Shown here in pieces: positions 22,470-32,000 of a DNA stretch of 32,000 nt (positions are counted from its first letter, which is position 1; each line of letters starts with the position of its first letter). The position numbers and the translations under genes are program-made. The DNA lies in NCBI RefSeq assembly GCF_000195855.1, contig NC_002677.1, forward strand, positions 270,001 through 302,000, written 5' to 3'. The notes beneath the pieces were generated by a model that saw only the letters and a program-made list of their open reading frames with translations, was not told where the DNA came from and searched no databases. Source of the stretch: Mycobacterium leprae TN. Its GTDB lineage: Bacteria > Actinomycetota > Actinomycetes > Mycobacteriales > Mycobacteriaceae.

Positions 22470-23374
22470 CTACATCCAATCCGTTGAGGAAATCCAACAA
22501 GGTGGTGTTCTAAAGGTCGGGTCGTTCCTACTGCAGTCAGTGCTCCGCTCCATCAATCATCACCTGACGGTAAGGGACCGTAGATCATCCCCGAAGCACG
22601 GTCGGTGCGGGTGAATGCCAGCACCACCGGGTTAGCTGCGCCGGCGATAAACAACGATGGTACGGGGATAGCGGCGTCCGTGCGTTCAGCAGTGGTCTCC
22701 CTAGTTGCAGTCAAAATTGCGATGCCAATTTAGGCCGCTCATGAAGCCGACCGAAAAACTCGCTGATGTATATGTATTATATAGTCCAGTTGATCCTGGC
22801 TGATCCAATCCGGCAGCTGGTCCGGTTCCGGAAGCCGATCGATGAAAGCCTTTCGGGCTGGGGGCGACCATCCGTATTGCCTTGCTCTGGTTGCCGGACG
22901 GTGCTCGTATGGTGCCTAAATCATTCGGCGAATCGTGCGTGCGGGGTTCGGCGTTGGCAACATGGTGCTCCATGTAAATACAAAATGTTAAAGAAGTTTT
23001 CCCGAGTATCCCGTGGAACGCGTGTGTTGAGGGAAGAAGTGGCGCGTTCCACACCACGATGGCGCCCCAAATCGTGGCTCATCTAGACGGCCTGCTAGAC
23101 GCTGAAAACCATGTCGGCGGTCTGCTCATGGATGGTGTAGGTCTCTAACGCATCCGGATGAGACAGAGCCGCTGTAACCCACACTGTTCGGGAGCCAAGA
23201 CGTGGTAGCTCGCTTGGTGAAGGTCGGAATTTGGTTCCTACACGAGTAGACCAGTTCGTGAAAGTCATGGGCCAGAACCACCACCGGTGTGTTGCGATCC
23301 TTGGCCTCTATTATCCGTAGCGACACACCATTGGTATTTGCGTATTGTTCGGTATTCAGCCGACTTGAACGCAT
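22470..23374 (-). pseudogene. ephA: Epoxide hydrolase EphA-like gene, decayed
   Basis: Minus-strand fragments NTNGVSLRIIEAKDRNTPVVVLAHDFHELVYSCRNQIPT, VVWNAPLL, GLNWHRNFDCN, VPSLFIAGAANPVVLAFTRTDRASGMIYG, and VMIDGAEH*LQ*ERPDL*NTTLLDFLNGLD (at least three in-frame stops). Confidence 0.8.
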
Positions 23375-23701
23375 CGTCTAAACCAAATCACTATGGCCAC
23401 TATGGCGCCGGGCCTGAGAAGGACTTGTTTACCCTCGCCATTTGTTATGGTGCGCGCGGCTAGCCCAGTCGACTATGCGTTCAGGGTTATGTTCCCCAGG
23501 ATGTGCACTGGCTACCCCCACTCGGGGGCGGAGCCGCGGTGTCGGCCAGACTCGGGAACTGCCGGTCGTTGGTTTGTGCAAGTTGGTGGAGACCCGCTGC
23601 ACCCGGCTCTGCCGAGCTGGCGATCGTCACTGACGGTAGCCTAAACTTTTTTAGCTGCGTGTATCGGGGAAGGAACCTGGCCGGCACGGCCGATGTTATT
23701 G

Positions 23702-26065
23702 ATGAACCGAAAAAACGTTATCCGCATGGTTACGGCGATCGCTGTAGTGGTGCTGCTCGGCTGGTCGTTTTTCTACTTCAGCGACGACACTCGTGGTTAC
23801 AAGTTCGTCGACACCTCGGTGGCGATGTCCCAGATCAACGGCCACAACGTCAAGAGCGCGCAAATTGATGACCGGGAACAGCAGCTGCGGTTGACCTTGA
23901 AGAAGGGCAACAACGACACCGATGGCTCTGACAAGGTCATAACCAAATACCCCACCGGGTACGCGGTCGATTTGTTCAACGCGCTGAGCGCTAAGAACAC
24001 GAAGGTCACCACCGCCGTAAACGAAGGCAGCATCCTGGGCGAGTTGCTCGTTTATGTGCTGCCATTGCTTTTGCTGGTGGGCCTGTTTGTGATGTTCTCT
24101 CGTATGCAGGGCGGCGCTCGAATGGGCTTTGGATTCGGCAAATCACGCGCTAAGCAACTTTCCAAAGACATGCCCAAGACCACTTTCGCTGACGTTGCCG
24201 GTGTTGACGAGGCGGTCGAGGAGCTCTACGAGATCAAGGACTTCTTGCAAAACCCCTGTAGGTACCAGACGCTCGGCGCGAAGATCCCCAAGGGCGTGCT
24301 GCTCTACGGGCCGCCGGGCACCGGTAAAACGTTGCTGGCCCGCGCTGTGGCGGGAGAGGCAGGCGTTCCGTTCTTCACCATCTCCGGATCCGACTTCGTC
24401 GAGATGTTCGTTGGCGTTGGCGCTTCACGCGTAAGGGACCTGTTCGACCAGGCTAAGCAGAACAGCCCGTGCATCATCTTTGTCGATGAGATAGACGCGG
24501 TGGGCCGCCAGCGCGGCACCGGGCTCGGCGGTGGCCACGACGAGCGCGAGCAAACACTGAACCAGTTGCTGGTCGAGATGGACGGTTTTGGCGATCGGGC
24601 GGGCGTCATCTTGATCGCGGCAACCAACCGGCCTGACATCTTGGACCCCGCGCTTCTAAGGCCCGGGCGTTTCGACCGGCAGATCCCGGTGTCCAACCCG
24701 GACCTGGCAGGTCGTCGCGCGGTGCTGCGCGTGCATTCGAAGGGCAAGCCGATTGCCGACGATGCTGACCTCGACGGACTGGCCAAACGCACTGTCGGAA
24801 TGACCGGCGCTGACCTTGCCAACGTTGTCAACGAGGCGGCGCTGCTGACCGCCCGAGAGAACGGCCTGGTGATTACCGGACCCGCCTTGGAGGAGGCGGT
24901 GGACCGGGTGATCGGCGGGCCACGTCGCAAGGGCCGGATCATCAGCGAGCAGGAAAAGAAAATCACAGCGTATCACGAGGGCGGGCACACCTTGGCGGCT
25001 TGGGCTATGCCTGATATCGAGCCTATCTACAAGGTGACGATCCTGGCTCGGGGACGTACCGGCGGGCACGCGGTGGCGGTGCCCGAGGAAGACAAGGGCT
25101 TGAGGACCCGCTCGGAAATGATCGCGCAGCTGGTGTTCGCGATGGGTGGACGTGCCGCCGAGGAGTTGGTGTTCCGCGAGCCGACGACCGGTGCGGTATC
25201 GGATATCGAGAAGGCCACCAAAATCGCGCGCTCGATGGTTACCGAATTCGGTATGAGCTCCAAACTTGGAGCGGTCAGATATGGTTCCGAGCACGGCGAC
25301 CCGTTCCTCGGCCGGACCATGGGCACCCAGGCGGATTACTCTCATGAGGTCGCCCGCGACATCGATGATGAGGTTCGCAAGCTTATTGAAGCCGCGCACA
25401 CCGAGGCGTGGGAGATTCTCACCGAATACCGCGACGTGCTTGACACCCTGGCCGGCGAGCTGCTGGAAAAAGAAACTCTGCACCGACCAGAGCTGGAGGG
25501 GATCTTCGCCAGCGTCGAAAAGCGACCCCGGCTCACCATGTTCGACGATTTTGGTGGGCGGATCCCGTCGGACAAGCCGCCGATCAAGACACCCGGCGAG
25601 CTGGCGATCGAGCGCGGCGAGCCCTGGCCCCAGCCAGTCCCCGAGCCGGCGTTCAAGGCAGCCATCGCCCGTGCTTCGCAGGCCGCTGAGGCCTCGCACC
25701 AAGCAGCACAATCGGATACCGATGGGCCCCCCGGCCAGGGGGCCAATGGTTCACATGCCGGGGACCGTCAGCGCCAGCACGGCCCTACTCAACCCGACTA
25801 TGGCGCTCCGCCGGGTTGGCATGCGCCTGGATGGCCGCCACAACAGCCGCCGGATTACTGGTATCCGCCTGAACAGCAACCCTCACAGTCGCCCTATTGG
25901 CCGCAGCCCGCGCCCAGCTATCCGGGCCAAGCCCCCCCTCCGTATCCGTCGTACCCGCCTTGTCCTTCTTACCCGCCGCCTGGTCAATCCGCCCCGGACG
26001 CGGGTAAGCCCCCTGCACAGTTGGACGAGGGCGTGAGCCCCTCCAACCCACCGGCGCACGGCTGA
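23702..26065 (+). CDS. ftsH: Membrane-bound ATP-dependent zinc metalloprotease FtsH
   Basis: ATG at 23702 ([27 protein letters not shown]); Walker A GPPGTGKT, Walker [12 protein letters not shown], zinc site HEGGH; C-terminal Pro/Tyr/Gln-rich tail. Confidence 0.97.
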   Translation: MNRKNVIRMVTAIAVVVLLGWSFFYFSDDTRGYKFVDTSVAMSQINGHNVKSAQIDDREQQLRLTLKKGNNDTDGSDKVITKYPTGYAVDLFNALSAKNTKVTTAVNEGSILGELLVYVLPLLLLVGLFVMFSRMQGGARMGFGFGKSRAKQLSKDMPKTTFADVAGVDEAVEELYEIKDFLQNPCRYQTLGAKIPKGVLLYGPPGTGKTLLARAVAGEAGVPFFTISGSDFVEMFVGVGASRVRDLFDQAKQNSPCIIFVDEIDAVGRQRGTGLGGGHDEREQTLNQLLVEMDGFGDRAGVILIAATNRPDILDPALLRPGRFDRQIPVSNPDLAGRRAVLRVHSKGKPIADDADLDGLAKRTVGMTGADLANVVNEAALLTARENGLVITGPALEEAVDRVIGGPRRKGRIISEQEKKITAYHEGGHTLAAWAMPDIEPIYKVTILARGRTGGHAVAVPEEDKGLRTRSEMIAQLVFAMGGRAAEELVFREPTTGAVSDIEKATKIARSMVTEFGMSSKLGAVRYGSEHGDPFLGRTMGTQADYSHEVARDIDDEVRKLIEAAHTEAWEILTEYRDVLDTLAGELLEKETLHRPELEGIFASVEKRPRLTMFDDFGGRIPSDKPPIKTPGELAIERGEPWPQPVPEPAFKAAIARASQAAEASHQAAQSDTDGPPGQGANGSHAGDRQRQHGPTQPDYGAPPGWHAPGWPPQQPPDYWYPPEQQPSQSPYWPQPAPSYPGQAPPPYPSYPPCPSYPPPGQSAPDAGKPPAQLDEGVSPSNPPAHG

Positions 26066-26081
26066 CGAAACGGAGAATTCG

Positions 26082-26699
26082 ATGGCCTTACTGGATTTAG
26101 GGCTGGAAAGCACCGCGGTCCCGCGCATCCGGGTTTTTGACCAGCAGCGTGCCGAGGCCGCGATTCGCGAGTTGCTGTACGCGATTGGCGAGGACCCGGA
26201 TAGGGAGGGTTTGGCCGACACCCCGGCTCGCGTGGCCCGCGCATGCCGCGAGCTGTTCTCTGGGCTCTACACCGACCCGCAAACTGTGCTGAACACCATG
26301 TTCGACGAAGAACACAATGAACTGGTGATCGTCAAAGAGATTCCGATGTACTCTACCTGCGAACACCATTTGGTGTCTTTCCATGGTGTGGCGCACATCG
26401 GCTATCTTCCAGGCGCGGACGGTAGGGTAACCGGGCTTTCGAAGATCGCTCGGCTAGTGGACCTCTACGCCAAACGGCCACAAGTGCAGGAGCGGCTCAC
26501 CAGCCAGATCGCCGACGCCTTGGTCAGCAAGCTCGATCCACGCGGGGTCATCATCGTCGTCGAGGCCGAGCACCTGTGCATGGCAATGCGCGGTGTCCGC
26601 AAGCCTGGCGCGATCACGACGACGTCGGCGGTGCGCGGTCAGTTCAAAACTGATGCTGCTTCTCGTGCCGAAGCGCTCGGCCTCATCCTGCGTAAGTGA
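26082..26699 (+). CDS. folE: GTP cyclohydrolase I
   Basis: 205 aa; [45 protein letters not shown]. Confidence 0.97.
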   Translation: MALLDLGLESTAVPRIRVFDQQRAEAAIRELLYAIGEDPDREGLADTPARVARACRELFSGLYTDPQTVLNTMFDEEHNELVIVKEIPMYSTCEHHLVSFHGVAHIGYLPGADGRVTGLSKIARLVDLYAKRPQVQERLTSQIADALVSKLDPRGVIIVVEAEHLCMAMRGVRKPGAITTTSAVRGQFKTDAASRAEALGLILRK

Positions 26700-27550
26700 G
26701 TTTGGCGCCAGTGCAGGTTATTGGGGTTTTGAACGTCACTGACAATTCGTTCTCAGATGGCGGACGTTACCTTGATCCTGACGATGCTGTCCAGCACGGC
26801 CTGGCAATGGTCGCGGAAGGCGCGGCGATTGTCGACGTCGGTGGCGAATCGACCCGGCCCGGTGCCATTAGGACCGATCCTCGAGTTGAACTCTCTCGTA
26901 TCGTTCCTGTCGTAAAAGAACTTGCAGCACAGGGGATTACAGTAAGTATCGATACTACGCGCGCTGATGTTGCACGGGCGGCGCTGCAAAGCGGCGCACG
27001 GATCGTCAACGATGTGTCTGGTGGGCGAGCAGATCCCGCGATGGCTCCTCTGGTGGCTGAAGCCGGTGTTGCGTGGGTGTTGATGCACTGGCGACTGATG
27101 TCGGCTGAACGGCCGTATGAGGCTCCGAATTACCGCGACGTGGTGGCTGAAGTGCGTGCCGACCTACTGGCTGGTGTCGATCAGGCTGTGGCCGCAGGTG
27201 TTGATCCTGGGAGTCTAGTGATCGATCCCGGGCTTGGATTCGCCAAGACGGGACAGCACAATTGGGCGCTGCTGAATGCGTTACCGGAGTTGGTGGCTAC
27301 TGGGGTCCCGATTCTACTTGGCGCCTCGCGTAAACGGTTCCTGGGTAGGTTATTAGCTGGGGCTGATGGCGCGGTACGACCGCCGGACGGACGTGAGACG
27401 GCGACCGCGGTGATTTCCGCACTTGCTGCCCTACACGGGGCTTGGGGTGTTCGGGTGCACGATGTGCGTGCCTCGGTCGACGCACTCAAGGTCGTCGGGG
27501 CTTGGCTGCATGCTGGGCCGCAGATTGAAAAGGTTAGATGTGATGGCTGA
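26696..27550 (+). CDS. folP1: Dihydropteroate synthase (dapsone target)
   Basis: GTG start overlapping the folE stop; [45 protein letters not shown]. Confidence 0.98.
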
Positions 27551-27941
27551 CCGAATGGAGTTGCGCGGTTTGATAGTTCGTGGACGACACGGTGTCTACG
27601 AGGTCGAGCGCGCCAACGGACAAGACTTCATCGTGGATGTCATCTTATGGATCGATCTGGCCGATGCGGCCGCGAACGACAACCTAGCTGACACCTATGA
27701 CTACGTGGTTCTGGCCGAGCGGACTGCCGCGATCATCGCCGGCCCACCACGGAACCTGATCGAGACAGTCGGCAGCGAGATTGCCGACTTCGTGATGGAC
27801 GACGAACGCGTGCACGCCGTCGAGGTGGTGGTGCACAAGCCGCAGGCGCCGATCCCGCAGCAGTTCTCTGATGTGGCGGTGGTGGTTCGGCGATCGCGAC
27901 GCGGCGGTCGCGGTTCGATGATTCCTGCGAGCGGGGTGTGA
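27543..27941 (+). CDS. folB: Dihydroneopterin aldolase
   Basis: ATG 27543 ([33 protein letters not shown]), [19 protein letters not shown]. Overlaps the 3' end of folP1. Confidence 0.94.
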
Positions 27942-28516
27942 TGACTCGCGTCGTACTGTCTATAGGATCCAATCTGGGTGACCGGCTGGCGTGGCTGCAG
28001 TCAGCCGTCGATGGGCTGGGTGATGCGGTTGTCGCGGTCTCTCCGGTGTATGACACCGTCCCGTGGGGAGCCGTGGAGCAGAGATCGTTCCTCAACGCGG
28101 TAGTGATCGCCGACGGCCCGGCGTATGACACGAAGGCCTGGCTGTGTCGGGCTCAGGAGCTCGAGCGGAACGCGGGTCGGGTGCGGGGACAGCGCTGGGG
28201 CGCACGCACACTCGACGTCGATCTGATCTCCTGCTATCAGACTTCGGGTGCTACGACCGGTGCGGTCGAGGTGATTACGTGCGAAAGCAACTTGACGTTG
28301 CCGCATCCGCGGGCTCATCTGCGGGCTTTCGTGCTGGTTCCGTGGTTGGCTGTCGACTCGGATGCTGAGCTGACCGTCGCTGGGCGGGCGCAACGGGTCG
28401 ATCGGCTGTTGGCAGAGATGGAGCCGACCGAGCGGGAAGGTGTGCGGTTGACCAATCTGACGCTCAAGCTGAAACGTAGTTCGCCGGCGCGGCCAGTCAG
28501 TCCGAAATCAGACTGA
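27941..28516 (+). CDS. folK: 2-amino-4-hydroxy-6-hydroxymethyldihydropteridine pyrophosphokinase
   Basis: ATG 27941: [15 protein letters not shown]; RVRGQRWGARTLDVDLI; LTLPHPRAHLRAFVLVPW. Confidence 0.95.
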   Translation: MTRVVLSIGSNLGDRLAWLQSAVDGLGDAVVAVSPVYDTVPWGAVEQRSFLNAVVIADGPAYDTKAWLCRAQELERNAGRVRGQRWGARTLDVDLISCYQTSGATTGAVEVITCESNLTLPHPRAHLRAFVLVPWLAVDSDAELTVAGRAQRVDRLLAEMEPTEREGVRLTNLTLKLKRSSPARPVSPKSD

Positions 28517-28992
28517 TGGGACCGACCCGGAAACGTGACCTGACGGCCGCGATGATTGGCGCTGCGGTAGTAGGTTATCTGCTGGTGCTTGTGCTGTACC
28601 GGTGGTTTCCACCCATCACCGTGTGGACTGGTCTGTCGTTGCTTGCGGTTGCTATCCCCGAGGCGTTGTGGGCGCGCTACGTGCGGACCAAGATCAGCGA
28701 TGGTGAGATCGGCGATGGCCCCGGTTGGCTGCACCCGCTAGCGGTAGCACACAGCCTGATGGTTGCCAAGGCGTCGGCCTGGGTGGGTGCGCTAGTGCTG
28801 GGTTGGTGGGTCGGTGTATTGGTGTACTTTTTGCCGCGGTGGCCGTGGCTGCGGGTTGCTGACAAGGACACCTCTGGAACGGTCGTGGCGGCTCTCAGCG
28901 CTCTGGCGTTACTAGTTGCAGCCTTGTGGCTGCAACATTGCTGCAAATCTCCGCAAGATCCCACCGAGCACGGCGAGGGTGCCGAAAATTAG
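28516..28992 (+). CDS. DUF3180 membrane protein (Rv3605c homologue)
   Basis: 158 aa, MGPTRKRDLTAAMIGAAVVGYLLV, four hydrophobic segments; start overlaps the folK stop (TGATG). Confidence 0.85.
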   Translation: MGPTRKRDLTAAMIGAAVVGYLLVLVLYRWFPPITVWTGLSLLAVAIPEALWARYVRTKISDGEIGDGPGWLHPLAVAHSLMVAKASAWVGALVLGWWVGVLVYFLPRWPWLRVADKDTSGTVVAALSALALLVAALWLQHCCKSPQDPTEHGEGAEN

Positions 28993-29137
28993 CTTGCTCG
29001 CCAACGTTGCTGACCGCCAAGTGTAGCTTTGGTTAGTAGTCGGGCACTTCACCGCAGTTTGACCCACGATTGATGCAGGTGGGAATCGCCGGACTGGCGC
29101 GACAAGCGGATTGACCTCACCCGGGTACAGTCAGGCC

Positions 29138-30436
29138 ATGACCGTTCTGTCCCGCGGCGGCCGCGTCCGGCGCGGCGGCCGCAGGCCGGGTTGGGTGCTC
29201 TTGACGGTTTCGCTGATCCTCGCGATGGGGGCTAGTTCCGCACTAGTTTTCACCAATCGGGTGGAACTTCTCAAGCTCGCGGTGATCCTGGCGTTGTGGG
29301 CCGCAGTCGCCGGCGCTTTTGTGTCGGTGTTTTACCGTCGGCAGAGCGACGCGGATCAGTCTCGGGTGCGTAATCTCAAGCTCGTCTACGACCTGCAGTT
29401 GGATCGGGAAATCTCGGCCCGCCGCGAATATGAGTTGACGGTGGAATCCCAATTGCGTCGCGAGTTGGCCTCCGAGCTGCGCAGTCAGGCCGCTGACGAA
29501 GTGTTGGCACTGCGGGCGGAGCTGGCGGCGTTACGAACCAACCTGGAGATTTTGTTCGACACAGACCTTCAGCACCGCCCGGCGTTGGCGGGTGCGGAGG
29601 CACCGCAGGCAAAAGCAGCCCCCCCAACGTGCGCTTATAGTAATTGGGTCCGCGATGGCCAGAGCAAGCCCGTCGACTGGGTGCCCAGCAATCGTGTCAC
29701 GTCGGTTCGCCAAGACCGGGTGACCAACAGCGCCGACGACACCTCGATCATCGACGTCCCCGAGGAACCACTGTTGCCGCCTCGAGGGCAGGCGCCTCAG
29801 CAGGGGGGGGTGCTGCCGCACTTTGAAGACCCGCCGTCACAGTCAGATTCGCGGTTCGAACCTCGTCACCGGCCGCCACGATCAGCCCCACTACAGGAAC
29901 TGTTGCAACCGCATATGAAGGATTGGCAACCGGACGCCGCCGACGAACAGTGGCTGCCTCCTGGTACACAAGACAGTGCCTGGACGGACGTCGAGTCCGC
30001 GAGTGCCTCGGTTGCCGCCCCGTCGGGTCGTCGGCGGCGGTCCCGCCATTCCAGCCTGGACGAAGCCGCGGCAAGCTCGCCCGGCGAAGCCGAGACCGCG
30101 CAGCAGCACAGTGGGTCGGGTCGCCGGGCGCGGTCGCGCCACTCCGCCGAATATCGCGCTTACAGCATTGAGGGCATCACTGCCAAAGGCAGCACCCCGA
30201 TCAGCCAGCCGACGCCACCTGCTGGTCCTGCTTTCGCCGAGCAGCCACCACGGCTGGTGCCGGCGTCGCCTTCTGATCCGGTACCCCGGCACCGCAGCGC
30301 GGATCTCTTGACGGACGGGGTAAAGGGACGTGACTTAGCAGCTGGTGGTCAGTCGGTCGCCGATTTGATGGCGCGGCTAGGGGCCGAGTCGACCGATGGT
30401 GGCCGGCGGCGCAGACGTGAGGGCCATTACGCATGA
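29138..30436 (+). CDS. Conserved alanine/proline-rich membrane protein (Rv3604c homologue)
   Basis: ATG 29138 after an upstream in-frame start in the track; two N-terminal hydrophobic helices, coiled region, then a long low-complexity Pro/Arg/Ser-rich C-terminus. Confidence 0.8.
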   Translation: MTVLSRGGRVRRGGRRPGWVLLTVSLILAMGASSALVFTNRVELLKLAVILALWAAVAGAFVSVFYRRQSDADQSRVRNLKLVYDLQLDREISARREYELTVESQLRRELASELRSQAADEVLALRAELAALRTNLEILFDTDLQHRPALAGAEAPQAKAAPPTCAYSNWVRDGQSKPVDWVPSNRVTSVRQDRVTNSADDTSIIDVPEEPLLPPRGQAPQQGGVLPHFEDPPSQSDSRFEPRHRPPRSAPLQELLQPHMKDWQPDAADEQWLPPGTQDSAWTDVESASASVAAPSGRRRRSRHSSLDEAAASSPGEAETAQQHSGSGRRARSRHSAEYRAYSIEGITAKGSTPISQPTPPAGPAFAEQPPRLVPASPSDPVPRHRSADLLTDGVKGRDLAAGGQSVADLMARLGAESTDGGRRRRREGHYA

Positions 30437-30536
30437 CACTGGGTCTAGGCTGTCAAATCGACTACCGTCATAGTGACCGTCCGGTACCCCTGCCATGGGA
30501 CTGGAACGAACCAACAAACATGTGAGGCCGTCTGCG

Positions 30537-31466
30537 ATGGTGCAGTTCGATGGTTTGCGCTCGGCCAGGCTCAATATTGCGATCCTCTCCACCGGCCGGG
30601 TAGGTGTCGCATTGGAGCGCGCCGACCAAGTCGTGGTGGCATGCAGCGCAGTCTCCCATGCATCGCGGCAGTGGGTGCAGTTTAGGTTGCCCGAAACCTC
30701 GGTGGCCTCGCCACCGGAGGTAGCCTCCAGTGCTGAGCTGCTGCTGTTGGCGGTTCCCGACTGTGAATTCGCCGGACTGATGTCCGGCGTGGCTGTGACT
30801 TCGGTGCCGCGACCCGGGACGATCGTGGCCCACACTTCGTGGGCCAACGGGGTCGGCATCCTCGCACAGCTGGGCAAGGATGGCTGTATTCCTCTGGCAA
30901 TTCACCCGGCGATGATGTTCTCCGGCTCCGACGAGGACCTCAGTCAATGTCAATTGAGGGATACCTACTTCGGGATCACCAAGACTGACGATGTCGGGTA
31001 TGCGATCGCGCAGTCATTGGTTTTGGAGATGGGCGGAGAGCCGTTTTGTGTGGTAGAGTACGCCCGCATCCTCTACCATTCCGTTTCGCCCCATGTGGGC
31101 AATCACATCGTGACGGTGTTAGCTGACGCGCTTGAGGTACGGCGGTCCGCGTTGCGCGGCAGCGAACTACTCGGACTAGGGGTACCTCCAGCTTGCAGGG
31201 GCGAGGTCGTCGATGACCAGCTCGACGTTATTGTCGAACGCATCGTTGGGTCATTGGCCCGGGCTGCGTGCGAGAACACCCTGCAGCGCGGCCAGGCCGG
31301 GCTTACCAAACTGGTCGCCCGCGGTGATTTGGACGCGTTAGCGGGACACTTAGTCGCGCTGATGCGGATTGGCCCAGAATTGGCCCAGGCTTATCGGGTT
31401 AATGCCCTACGGAAGACTCAGCGTGCCCATGCTCCCTACGATGTCGTCGAAGCGCTGGCGCCATGA
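30537..31466 (+). CDS. Rossmann-like / DUF2520 domain protein (Rv3603c homologue) in the pantothenate locus
   Basis: ATG 30537: [44 protein letters not shown]; C-terminal helical [14 protein letters not shown]-like region. Stop overlaps the panC start. Confidence 0.8.
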
Positions 31467-32000
31467 CGAACAGTCGGCAGCCGGCATTCAACCCGGGCGA
31501 GCTCAATGTGTACTCGACGCCCCGTGACGTCACCAATGTCAGCAGCGCGTTGCGCCACACCGGCCGCCGGGTGATGCTGGTGCCGACGATGGGTGCGCTG
31601 CACAACGGGCACCTGGCCCTGGTGCGTGCGGCTAAACGTGTGCCTGGTTCGGTGGTTGTGGTGTCGATCTTCGTTAACCCGCTGCAATTCGGCGCCGCGG
31701 AAGACCTCGACACTTACCCATGTACCTTCGACGATGATTTGGCTCTACTGCGCGCAGAAGATGTCGAGATCGTGTTCACGCCGACTGCCGCGGCGATGTA
31801 TCCGCACGGATTGCGTACCACCGTACGCCCCGGGGCGTTAGCGTTCGAGCTCGAAGGTGGTCCGCGGCCAAACCATTTCGACGGTGTGCTAACCGTCGTG
31901 CTCAAACTACTCCAGATCGTGCGGCCTGACCGAGTTTTCTTCGGGGAGAAAGATTACCAGCAGCTGGTCCTGATCCGGCAGATGGTAGCCGATCTGAACG
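31463..32000 (+). CDS. panC: Pantothenate synthetase, 5' part (truncated by window end)
   Basis: [64 protein letters not shown]. Confidence 0.96.

Noticed and set aside
24304-25711. Long antisense ORFs opposite ftsH (24304..24966, 24656..25711)
   Set aside because: High-GC coding sequence commonly leaves antisense frames open; the sense strand encodes an unambiguous FtsH.

Overview
The gene content and two copies of the RLEP repeat identify this window as Mycobacterium leprae chromosome. It is a mosaic of intact housekeeping genes and heavily decayed pseudogenes. Intact genes: DNA pol III delta' homologue, tRNA-Thr(CGT), a large membrane protein, galE, a DUF475/TerC-like membrane protein, a family 2 glycosyltransferase, a DUF2304 protein, ppa, dacB, tilS, hpt, ftsH, the folE-folP1-folB-folK cluster, a DUF3180 protein, Rv3604c- and Rv3603c-like genes, and the 5' part of panC. 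Two ~638 bp RLEP copies lie in exact mirror orientation (6012-6649 and 10138-10775). The segment between them appears inverted relative to the M. tuberculosis order Rv3629c-Rv3632, which is the most interesting structural signal. Manual translation of stretches with no useful ORF recovers decayed genes: a pRiA4b ORF-3-like gene, the Rv3626c homologue, lpqG, a 13E12/DUF222-HNH gene, a Zn-alcohol dehydrogenase, a luciferase-like monooxygenase and ephA. Two perfect long hairpins (23 and 29 bp arms) and two short tandem duplications are also visible. I found no CRISPR array and no convincing new multi-gene system. Homology statements come from recalled family sequences and motifs, not from a database search.
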